Positions 38,361-49,667 of a stretch of 64,000 bases of DNA are shown here, one piece after another. Both the position numbers and the translations under genes were made by a program. The notes under the pieces were generated by a model. That model was given only the letters and a program-made list of their open reading frames with translations, was not told where the DNA came from and made no database searches. Numbering within the stretch: position 1 is the stretch's first letter; each line of letters starts with the position of its first letter. The DNA is from Prorocentrum cordatum (lineage: Eukaryota), in the NCBI GenBank assembly GCA_963575745.1, contig CAUYUJ010000281.1, positions 496,001 through 560,000 on the forward strand, written 5' to 3'.

Positions 38361-38984
38361 ATGCGAGGCCAAGGCAGGCGAGGAGGAGCAGGACGAGGAG
38401 GGAGACCAAAAACTATCATCGCAGCAGAGCCTGGATTCCCTAGACAAGCTTTCTTTGAAGACGGGGGGAGCGAGGAACTGAACGAAAAGGAGGAAAGGGA
38501 ATTGGAGGAGGAACGGACGACAAAGGCGGCCGCTGCTTGGACGCCCGAGCGGGCGATGTACTGCATCGAACTTCGGAGGTTAGAGGACCCAGTTCCAAAC
38601 GGATGGGGGAGGGGGCATTCAAGGGAGGGTGGTGCCCTCCCCTTTCACCCCCCTTCCCCTTAAAAAAGGGGGTCCCCTCCCCAAGGGGAAGGGGGGGGGG
38701 AACGGGACGGGAGGGCATCGCCCTCCCTTGAATGCCCCCCCTCCCCCTTACAGGAGAAACAAAAGAAAGCAAAGCAGGATGCTGCACGAGCGCAAGAAAA
38801 AGAGCGCGTGAGGCGATCTAACGAGTTGGACAAAGTGCGAGCTTTGACTAATGTTATTATTTCTGGTGAGCCATTTCCGCCCAGAGCCCGCGCCAGACCA
38901 GTAGCTAAGGCCCGCCCTCCTAGGAGCCGATTTCCTGTGGTGAGGGGCCCACTTTTCGCTTTGAAGCGAGACGCGCCTGCTTGA
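38361..38984 (+). CDS. Possible small accessory gene C (charged coiled coil), join(<..38585,38754..38984)
   Basis: …AMYCIELRRLE splices in phase 0 through a GA..AG hairpin intron to EKQKKAKQDAARAQEKERVRRSNELDKVR…*. The start codon is unclear. Confidence 0.35.
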
Positions 38985-39566
38985 GGCGCTCGGGAAAATT
39001 GCGGCACGTCTTAGCTGTTACAGCGCTTCGCGCCTGCACGCCTGACAGACAGGCCGACGCCTATACCCGCCACCCCCCTCGACAGTTTCGCAGGTCGCAG
39101 CCGCCCCAGGACGGCGGGGCCTCAACCAGGCCCTCCCAGGAGCCCAGAAAGTGGCGACAGTTACGGCAGACACTTGCAGAATGGTGCCCCACTGGGATTA
39201 GAGCTCGCTCTCCCTGGTCCTCCTCCCCCTCCTCTCTCCTCTCCCCTTCCTCCTCCTCGGCCCCTCCTCAAGCCAACGCGATGGCTCAAGGCGCGCCTGT
39301 GGCCAGCTGCCAGCTTGGCTCTCGGATTGCGGCCGCCGTACAAATGTGGCGCCGTACAATTCAATGACACAACGTTGTGTCATTGAATTGTCGGTCTTCT
39401 CGCATGGAGCAACCGCTCGCATCGCGCAAACGGGCCGCGCGCCGCGCCCCCGACGCGGAAAACGCCGTGTGATTGATACCGCGGCAAAAGCGAGAAAACG
39501 GAAAACGATAAATTTCTTGTTTTCAACACAGAAAATGAGAATTCTTGCTTTCTCGAAAACAAACAT

Positions 39567-39585
39567 GAGAAAAAGCTCCTCTGGG
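39567..39585 (-). repeat. Right TIR of DNA transposon
   Basis: gagaaaaagctcctctggg, followed by TT. Confidence 0.9.
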
Positions 39586-39587
39586 TT

Positions 39588-42500
39588 GCCGTTCGCTCGA
39601 GGAGCTCGACCTGAAGATCGGCGAGGTCCAGGCGTGGGCGCACGGCGTTCCCCTCTTCGTGGAGATCTTCGATGGGGTCGGGAGGCTCTCGCAGGCGGTC
39701 CAGAGCTTAGGCGCCGCCAACGCGGTGTGCAGCGTGGTGGCCGGCATCGACCTCAAGCGCAGGACGTGCGGGCAGTACTGGGACCTCAGCAGGGCTAAGG
39801 ACCGTGCCCGGCTTCGCTACCTGCTCTTCGAGGTGCTGAGGCCGGCAGGAGCCCACTGGGCGCTCCCCTGTGCGAAGTGGAGCAGCCTCGGTGGCCACCA
39901 GCCCGACGCCAACGCGCACGCGCTGGCCTCCTTCACCATGGACGGCCTCGAGCACCTCGACGGCGCGGGCTGCCTGGCCTCCTTCGAAGGCCCTCGAGCG
40001 CACGCGCTGGTGGCAAGCGTGGAGTGGCAGCAGCGGTTCGGGTCAGCCGAAGCGCCGCGCGGGCGCTGGCGATACGTGCTCCCCGACGGCTGCATGTTCC
40101 ACTGCAGGAGCCCGGACGAGGAGCCCCTGGCCATGCAGAAGCCGTACGTCATCGTGGGCAACTTCCCGCTGGACTTGCTGGACGTCCAGTGCCGCCGTGG
40201 AGCGCTGCGGCCGCTAGGGCGCGGCCTCGAAGGCGTCGAGGTCGCCTCCGCGGAGCTGGGCGGCGACGCCGGGAGCTCCATGATCGGAGCCGCGCGGGCA
40301 CTGGAGGGGCCTCGCATGCCCTGCGAGCCGGGACGCGCGGCCGCTCCGGCTGCTGGGGCGACGAGGTCGGTGGACAAGCTGAGCGACGCTGAGATGGCGG
40401 AGAAGAAGGCACGGCGGGAGCCGGCGGCGGCGGCGGCGAAGAAGAAGTGGGCCGAGCTGGCCAAGAAGGGTGACTGGGACCAGGTGCGGATGCCCGGCAA
40501 GTGCTTCAGGTTTGCCGAGGTGAAGGTTTCGCCGAGGCGCTCTGCAGAGTACAAGGCCAAGGTTCTGGAGGCGGTCGGGCTCGTCGGCGAGTGCGCGGGC
40601 TACAAGCACCTGGGCAGCCAGGAGCTGGAGGCGCTGAAGGAGATGATCAGCCTGAAGGCCGAGGCGTTCTGGGTGAAGGGCACCGCGCGGACGGTCATGC
40701 GCGGCTTCAAGCACGACGTGGTGACGACCGGCTTGCCTGCGCGTGGGCCGCCGATCCGCCTTAAGGGCCCGGAGGCTTCCATCGTCCGCGAGGAGCTCGA
40801 GGCGGGCGTGGAGCAAGGGCTGTACTCCAGGGGGACCTCGCCCTGGGGCAGCTGGGCCTTTCCGACCAAGGAGCACGCGAGCGGCCGGAGGCGTCGGACC
40901 GTCGTGGACTACCGCATGGTCAACCGCAGGATGGTGATGTTCGTGTACTACATCCGCCGGTGCCGAGACGTCAAGGGCGAGCTGGTGGGCTGCGCCTTCA
41001 TCTCTGGCATGGGCGGCGCTCGCGGCTTTCACCTCCTGGTCAACACTGAGCACGCGAAGGAGGTCCTGGCTGTGCTGGCGGACTGCGGCTGCTACCTCCC
41101 CGAGGTGCTGCAGCTGGGGCCGGCGACGGGGCCCTTCGACTTCCAGTTCTGCACCGACGAGCTGTTCACTGGCACCGGCCGCGGACGCTACGGATCGGTC
41201 TGGAAGAACTACATCGACGACTTCTGGGTCAGGACGGGGCAGTGGCTGAACGGTCGCGCCTACACCGACCGAGAGTACGAGGAGATGCTGGCGGCGGCAT
41301 CCCCCCCCCCGGCTGCCTCTCGCCCACTGGGCGACTCGCTGGCAGCAGCCGGGTTCGCGGGGACCCGCAAGGCCAGCCAGAGCTACGACCACGCCAAGGG
41401 CGTGCTCGTGGGGCTGTGCGTGGCGCAGTCGGCCACGGGGGCGGCGGCTATGGAGGGCGTCGGCGTTGCCTTGGCTAACGGCCTCCGCATGCTGGCGGTG
41501 GCTGCCGCGGTGCGCACAGCGTCCTTGGTGGATGAAGGGCTGCGCGCGGGCGTGCAGCTGACGCAGGACATCTTCGAGGCGGCCGGCGACCTGGTCCAGA
41601 GCGTCTCCTGGAACCTCAGCGGGCTCATCCACGAGGTGTGCGAGGGGGCGGTCCTGGTGGTGCGCGTCCTGGTCGTCGCGCAGTGCTGCTACGCTCTCTA
41701 CTGCCTGCGCTCGTGGGTGGCTTGCCGTTCGCAGCGGGCGGCGCTGGAGCGCGCTGCCACCGCCGGCGAGGCGGCTCAGCGCGGACTCACGTCCAGCGCG
41801 CGAGCCTGCGAGGCCGGCGACGGGCCCGCCTTCGGCCGCGAGCCGATGGCCAGGGCGGCAGCCGCTGGGAGGAGCCCGAGCGGGGCCCTCTCATCAGCAG
41901 ATGGCGCCGCCAGCCCTGTGGCGGCGCTGTGGCGCGAGGCGGAGTTCGAGACGCCCCTGCTCGGAGCGGCGGCACGCCCCCGAGCGGAGGTCCCCCAGAT
42001 CCAGCGGAGCGCAGCTGTGGCGCTGCGGGACCTGGAGCACTCGGACCGCCAGCGCGCCGCGCGCGCGCGCGACCTGGCCGCTTGCGGTGCGGTGGTGTCC
42101 GCAAGGCTGGTGGAGGCTGCGCGCAGCTCAGCGGTGAAGGACGCGGGCGACCTGTGCGAGTTCGAGGTTGAGGTGGCCGGCAGCCGCGGCGTGCGGTATG
42201 ATGTGCGGCTTCGCGCTGGACGCTTGGCTGCAGCGTTGCTCCCCGCATCGTGCACTTGCGCGGACTTCGTCGGCGGCGTTGGCAGCCCCTGCAAGCGCAT
42301 CGGGGCGGCCTGGTGCTGCGCGGTGGACGGCAACTTCAGCGAGCTGGTGGAGCTGGCGCTCGCGGCTGGCCGCAAGGAGGGAGCTGCCGCTGGACCTCAG
42401 CGACGCGCAGCCCTGGCGCCGAGCGACTCCCTTGGCCTCGCGGGGGCCGTGCGGGAGCTCCGCGACTCGGAGGCCGAGGTCGTGCGCCTGCGCGAGGAGG

Positions 42501-43027
42501 TCCAGCAGCTGAAGGCGCAGCTGGGGGCGACCTCCAGGCGCGGAGCCGTGACCGAGTTCCTCTCGGCGTCGGAGACGCTGGCGGCTTGGGCGCGGGCTTG
42601 CGGTGAGGCCGAGAGCTATGTGTACGTGGCGTGCTTCGCCTTCGACCAGCCGGGCGTGGTGAACTACCTGGAGGCGGCTCGAGCTCGAGGCCTCACAGTC
42701 CGTTTGGTGTTCAGCGGCCGTGACAAGGCCTTGACCAACAACCAGGGGCCGCGCCTGCAGCGGCTCCGAGCCTGTGGGTGCGAGGTGCGCGCTCACAAGG
42801 GCTCGCGGCTGCGCGCCAAGGTGATGATGACAGAGCGCGAGATTGTGCTGGGCAGCTGCAACTTCACGACTGCCAGCTTGGGCAACGTGGAGCGCGGGGC
42901 CAGCCTGCAGGAGCTGTCCGAGGAGACGGTGCTCGAGCAGAAGGAGTGGTTCGAGCAGCTGTTCGAGGCGGCGGCGCCCTTCAAGGACGGGATCGGCGAG
43001 GTGGTGCCTCCGTCGCCGGCCCGGTGA
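39588..43027 (+). CDS. Polyprotein, 3' part: cytosine-MTase-like domain, RT N-terminal half through YIDD, hydrophobic helices, SWIM finger, coiled coil, PLD/Nuc-like nuclease
   Basis: MTase: VEIFDGVGRLS, WDL, ALPCAKWS, FEGP, DGCMF, QKPY. RT N-half: TSPWGSWAFP, VVDYRMVN, GMGGARGF, LQLGP, NYIDDF (41210..41221). SWIM: SCTCADF..PCKRI. PLD: LRAKVMMTERE..GSCNFT..SLGNVE. Confidence 0.85.
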
Positions 43028-43036
43028 GGGCGCCGC

Positions 43037-43393
43037 GAGGCGCTGGAGGCCGGCTGGGCGCGAGGCCTAGCGGCCGTGGCGCTGAGGCGCGAGGCGCTGG
43101 AGGCCGGCTGGGCGCGAGGCCTAGCGGCCGTGGCGCCGAGGCGCGAGGCGCTGAAGGCCGGCTGGGCGCAAGGCCTAGCGGCCGTGGCGCCGAGGTGCGA
43201 GGCGCTGGAGGCCCGCCGGGCGAGAGGCCTAGCGGCCGCGGCGCGAGGCGCTGGAGGCCACCTGGGCGAGAGGCCTAGCGGCCGTGGCGCCGAGGCGTGA
43301 TGCGCTGGAGGCCCGCCGGGCGAGAGGCCTAGCGGCCGCGGCGCGAGGTGCTGGAGGCCATCTGGGCGAGAGGCCCAGCGGCCGTGGCGCCGA
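43037..43393. repeat. Seven tandem copies of a 46-54-bp GC-rich unit in the 3' UTR of the polyprotein
   Basis: gaggcgctggaggcc...gaggcctagcggccg starts at 43037, 43091, 43145, 43199, 43245, 43299 and 43345. Confidence 0.9.
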
Positions 43394-43838
43394 GATGGCA
43401 GGAGCGCGGCATTTTGCTGCGCCGTCGACGCCCGGCAGCGCCGGGAGCTATGAGCGACTGCATGGCGCCGAGTTCGGCGACTTCAAGGAATTCATCGACT
43501 TCAATTTTGTGGAGCGGCACGTCGCGGAGGACGTGCCGGGGCGCCTGTGCCGCGGAGTGGTGCCCTGCTCGAGGAGAGGGGCACGTGAGGAGCGGCATGG
43601 GCGCACAGGCGGCGGAGTGCGGGCCGGCGACGACGGCCCCGGTGGCGACGGCTGCTTGCCCCGCGCTGCCGCGTGGCTCAAGAGGAGAAAGGCCCCCCTC
43701 CTCCCTCTCCTCAGAGGCGCGGGGGAGGCGCGGGGGCCCGCCCGGGGTCCGAGGGCCAGCGAGGGCCCATAGGGCCCGAGGGCGGCACCAGGAGGCCGCT
43801 CTCGAGGCCCTGAGGGGCCGAGGCTCCAGGTGAGCCTC

Positions 43839-44470
<632 letters not shown>

Positions 44471-47049
44471 TACGACGCTGGCTGGCGGACGCCGCCCTCC
44501 GAGGTCAAGCCACGGGCGCCAGGCGTGCCCAGGCGAAGGGGCAGCCCGAGCAACCGCCCGAGGTGCCAAGAACGACGGTGGCCCCCACCCGAGAGACAGG
44601 ATCCTGGAGCCCCGCAGTCACCAAAAAGAGAGGACAGGGATGGAAAGGAGAATGAAGGTCCGCGGGGAGCGCACCAGCAAGGGTGCTCCACTCTCGCGAA
44701 CCTAATCCCCGTCCTCGAATCGATATTGAGAAGATAGGCCCGCTAGGAGCCTGACCCAAAACGATTCTGGGTCGGCAACATGAAGTGGACGAGGAGCAGG
44801 GATCCTACGAGAATCCTGTCTGCCTTCGTCCGCAGGGCGAAACCCCGCAAAGAATTGCTTTCGGTTTCGAAGGGCCCGTCCCGAGAGTGTATATGTAGGG
44901 TCAGTAGACGGGCATCCTACCAACAAGTGTCCTGCCGTGCCAATGGTGAACAAATCCATAGGAAGCGCAGAAACACACGTGCCCCGAAGAAACCAAAGAC
45001 GATACCCCGTGGCCGCGGACGTAGGAACTGGGCCCGTTTCAGGCATGGCACGGTCAGGCACTACGGTGGCAGCCGAAGAAGGTATGTCCCTTCGATGGCT
45101 GCCAACCCTTCTACGCCTATCAGGGGGAAGCGCGGGGCCTTCACGGTCTGGGATCACAAGATCTCTGATCGCGAGGTCTCTGTCCTTTGAAGCGTCATGG
45201 CAGGCTGGGGCTGTTGGGCCCCTTGCAGGCGATCAGTGGGCGATTGGGGGTCGATGCGTCCCCTCCTATACCCATGCCCCTTCGATCGCTGCCCCTGATG
45301 CAAGCAGGAACGACCCTGGGCACAGGCAACCCCTATAGTAAGGTCGCACGAGAAGGATGCAAGAGCCTTGGACGGCCACGCCGACATGCTGCGAGCGGGG
45401 GGCGGCCAGAAGGCGGCCAAGGATGGGCTGAAGGGGCACGATACAGATGAAGCTTTGGAAAATCGTTCATCCTTACTTCATAATAACCTCTGGTACGCGG
45501 TTTTGTTGGGGGGGCCCGGGGGCAGGGTGCCAAACACAGGCGCTCAGGACGCTACTGTCGCATCGCGTTCGGCGATCAGGGGACCCCAGTGGGCCCGCAC
45601 CAAAGGTCACTCCGGCGAAGGGTCACTCTTACGTGTAGTCGAATTCCCCCGAAGACGAAACCCGGACCCAGGGCAAAAAAAACCATAGACACATCGGGAA
45701 TGTCTGAGAACCGGCGGCTGTGGAGGTGGTATCGGGCGCCGCGGCCGTCCCTGGGGACACCCAGAGGTGCCGACGCCGCTGCTCCCCAAACCTCTCTCCT
45801 TGGGTGCGTGCTGACCCGAATTTCGAGGCGAACCCAGCAGGGGCGAGGGCGAGGGCCTCCCAGGAGGCCCCAAAGAGGCGAGAAAGAGGATCTGTGGCGG
45901 CATCGGTGCCTTTTCCTCCTCCGGCTTCCAGGGCGCGCTGGTCGGGCGCCCAGGCCATTGCAGAGCGCTCGAGATCACTCTGGATCGAACACATCTACAA
46001 CGACACACAGCAAAACTGCACCTTGTTGCGGGGGCCAGGGGTGGCAATCATAATTTAGATTTGGCGCGTCGGTCGGTTTGGGTGGACGGACGCCGCCTCG
46101 CGACCTACACCCTGCGAAATGCTTTAGAAATCATGGGTTAAGAAATTCATAGTCTCAGAATTTGAAATCAAACCCAGAATGTCTACTCAAATGTTAGGAT
46201 TTACGTTGGAACATTACGAATACTCGAGACTCTGGCCGAAAACTTGGGTTTCGCCTGGAGTGTACGATGGAAGGCGATGGTCGTGCCGACGACGCTGCGT
46301 GCCCAGCGTGGAAACGATCACCGCGTTTCACGGCCAGGCCTGGCGGCAGCCGCAGAGGGCGCAGCGGAGCGGTTCAGGGCCTCCGAGCCTCTGCGAGGTG
46401 GGAGGGCGAGCTGCCCTGGATCGTACCGCAGGGGCTCGAGGGCCCAAGACACCCTCCACAACGAGCCCAACCCTGAGACCCTAGGACGCCCATTGATTTT
46501 TGGTGTGGGAATTTGAGGGATGAAAAAACGACCCTACCCTGGGTTACAGTTGCGTGGTCTGTAAACCTCCTGGGGACCCCCAAAGCCTAGAGCCGCCAGG
46601 ACGCGGCACATCACGCAGGGTTTACCCTGTCAGCCCACAGGAGTTTCAGCGCACAGCGCCCCGTAAACCAGGGTCGGGTTTTTTTGTATGCCCTTGAGGA
46701 GTGTCACGCTTCCCATAGCACAACTATCGAAACCCAAGAAACCCAGTGCACCCTGGAGCCAAGCAGAGTGTTCCTTTATTTGTCGTTGTTGGGGGGGGCG
46801 GCCAGCGGTCGTCGCCGAAGGTCTCGCGATGGGGGCATCAGGTGGTCGGGCTCTGCCGGGCTCCGGCCGCACTGCGGCCACCCTGCTGGCGGCCGCCTCG
46901 GCACTATTATGCGGCCGCTGCAAAAAGGGTTACCCGCGGCAGCAGGACGCTCGACGGGAGGAAGGATGAAACAGGGAGTTTCTTGGCATGGGTTTCCACC
47001 ACTCTAGGCTTATGATGCCCCCATCGCACATTTAAGGACCACATCCCAA

Positions 47050-48960
47050 AAATCCGCCGACCCCTTGGGGTCACAGCGTGTGAGATGCTTCCCCCCCCCT
47101 AAACCCCTCCCCCGGGGGCCCGGTCCGGCCGGTTTGGAGGGGGGAGGATGGGGTGAGGGGCAAAGGTACCGGCCGCACACTTGGAGCCTCAGGAGGCCCC
47201 AAAACCGGCCAAAAAGGTTCAAAAGGGTCCCGGAACGGTCCAAGAGAGCTACGAGTCGACGAGCGATCGATCCAAAACGCCGAAGATTGCCTCCAGACGG
47301 CCCCATCAGTCCCCAAGACCCAAGACTATTGAAACAGTACTACGAGGCGCCCCACGACGGCCCTTCCACAAGCAAAAATTGTCCAATTCCACTGGGGAAC
47401 GTACGTTTTCAGCACACTCGCGTTTTAGGCTTCCACGCGGCCCACGACGGCCCAAGAAGCCTCCAAGATCGACCCTCCGCAGCCCAAGAGGCTCCCAAAA
47501 AGGCTCTCCACGACGGCTTCCAGGCGATCCACGAAGGCTCCAGACGCCACAGCAACGGCCCGGGAGAGCCGCAGGACGGTCCCAAGAGGGCTCCAAAACG
47601 GGTCAACCAGGGTCCCTAAAGTCTCCTCAGACGGCCCACGCGGGGGACGATCCGGTCCAAAACGCCCAAGATTGCCTCCAGCTGGCCCCATAGGCCCCCA
47701 AGACGTTTGAAAACGCGCCCACGAGGCGCTCCGAGAGGGCCTCCAAAAGCAAAAATCGTCCCATTCCCGATGGAGAACATTCATGTTCAGTACATTCGCA
47801 TCTTGGGCTCCCACGAGGCCTACAACGGCCCAGGAAACCTCCAAGTTCGACCCTCGACACCCCAACAGGCTGATAAAAATGCTCCACGACAGCTTCTGGG
47901 CGCACCACGAAGGCCTCAGAAACCACAGCAACGGCCCAGGACAGTCGCAGGACGGTCCCACGAGAGCCCCACAACGGGCCAAGAGGGTCCCCCAAAGGCC
48001 TGTTGGACGGCCCACGAGGGGGACGATTCGGTCCCATTCGCCCTAGCTTGCCTGCAGACGATTCCCTGTAGGCCCCCGAGACGTTTGACAAAAACTACTA
48101 CGAGGCGCTCCACGAAGGCCTCCACAAGCAAAAATCTTTCCACTCCCGAGGGAAAACATACATTTTCAGCACATTCGCCTCTTGGGCTTCCACGACGCCT
48201 ACAACGGCCCAAGAATTATCCAACATCGACCCCCTACAGCCCCAGTGGCTTTCAAGAGGGTTCCAGAACGGCCTCCGGGCGCCCCAGGAAGGCCCCAGAA
48301 AGCATAGCAACGGCCCTGGAGAGCCGCAGGACGGTCCCAAGAGGTCCCCAAGACGGGCGAGGGTTTTCAAAAGGCCTCCTGGTCGGGCCAAGTCGTTCAA
48401 CAGTGCACCGAGTCGTCCAACATGGCCTCCCGACAGCCCTACAGCCCCCCCGAGACGCCTCAAGACGCTACCCAAAGGCGCCCAAAGAAGCCTTCCAGAA
48501 GCAACGACCGTCCCATTCTCGACGGACAGCGCATATTTCCAACACGTTCGCCTCTTGGCCTGTCACGCGGCCCCTGAGACCCCTTGCACCCCCCACCAGG
48601 CCACCAGGAGGCGGCCCAATAGCCCTCTAGAAGCAAACATCGGCCCGTTCCCTAAGGGAAACGCCCAAGTTTAGCACATTCGCTTCTTGACATTTCGCAA
48701 GGTTTACAGCAACCCAAGCAGTCCCCAAATCAATTCAAGGAAACGCCATATGCCTCCAAGAGGGCTCGCAGACGGCCCCAAAGGTCCCCAAGAGGGCCCC
48801 CGCAGCCACCGCGGAGGGCCCCAGGACGGCCCCAAAGGGCTCCCCCGACGGCCCCAAAGGGCGACGACTCATGAAAAGATCGCTCCAAGAGGCCCGACAT
48901 TACCTCCAGACGGCCCCGGAGGCCCCCTGCACGCCTATGCACAGCCCATCCCCTGAGATA
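47050..48960. repeat. Composite repeat family copy 1: hairpin head + ~370-bp higher-order ggcccaaga array
   Basis: Head atccgccgaccccttggggtcacagcgtgtgagatgcttcccc. The anchor ttcagcaca.tcgc.tcttgggcttccacg recurs at about 47405, 47785, 48160 and 48535. Confidence 0.8.
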
Positions 48961-48964
48961 TAAG

Positions 48965-49087
48965 CATAACCCCTCCTCCTTCCATCCTCCTCCTCCTCCT
49001 CCTCATCCTCCTCCTCCTCCTCCTGCTCCTCCTACCCCTCCTCCTCCTCCTCCTCCTCCTCCTCCCTCCTCCTCCTCCCTCCTCCTC

Positions 49088-49118
<31 letters not shown>

Positions 49119-49119
49119 G

Positions 49120-49166
<47 letters not shown>

Positions 49167-49185
49167 GACTACTACGACTACTACG

Positions 49186-49275
<90 letters not shown>

Positions 49276-49280
49276 ACTAC

Positions 49281-49337
<57 letters not shown>

Positions 49338-49347
49338 GACTACTACG

Positions 49348-49423
<76 letters not shown>

Positions 49424-49545
49424 ACCCTCTTCCTCCTCCTCTCCTCCTCCTCCTCCTCCTCCTCCTCCTCCTCCTCCTCCTCCTCCTCCCCCTCTTCCTC
49501 CTCCTCTTCCTCCTCCTCCTGCTCCTCCTCTTCCTCCTCCTCCTC
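48965..49545. repeat. (CCT)n-(ACT)n-(CCT)n microsatellite
   Basis: Direct reading. Confidence 0.95.
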
Positions 49546-49667
49546 GCAACCTCGAAGCTGCGGACACATTTGCGTCCATGTCCTCGTCCTCTTACATCTC
49601 CTCCCCTGAGTGCCAAGCGTTACAATGTTGTTCACACCAGGCGGTTGCGCTTGGACTCGGGCCCCGA

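Larger units (their letters stand above)
26177..39585 (+). mobile_element. 13.4-kb CACTA/EnSpm (CMC)-type DNA transposon, apparently autonomous
   Basis: TIRs cccagaggagccttttctc (26177..26195) and gagaaaaagctcctctggg (39567..39585) match at 18/19. TT is duplicated at 26175-76 and 39586-87. Excision restores the host frame (..GCT T|GC CGT..), and the element contains a CMC-type transposase. Confidence 0.9.
19698..43838 (+). mobile_element. Ty3/Gypsy-type retrotransposon with split/permuted RT and MTase, SWIM and PLD cargo; interrupted by a DNA transposon at 26177..39585
   Basis: Protease, RNase H, integrase and RT motifs are all of Gypsy type, and the two halves rejoin in frame once the insert is removed. 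The 3' end is tentatively placed at ...gagcctca before (AGT)n. LTRs are not resolved. Confidence 0.85.

Noticed and set aside
39271..39290. SL fragment agcca...tggctcaag
   Set aside because: Only 9 contiguous matching bases and no downstream ORF, so it may be chance.
39659..43027. 1122-aa ORF as an independent gene with its own start
   Set aside because: It starts at GTG and is open upstream to the TIR. It joins the 5' polyprotein in frame once the insert is removed.
44640..46060. Possible decayed coding region
   Set aside because: Several short ORFs on both strands, none with an identifiable motif.
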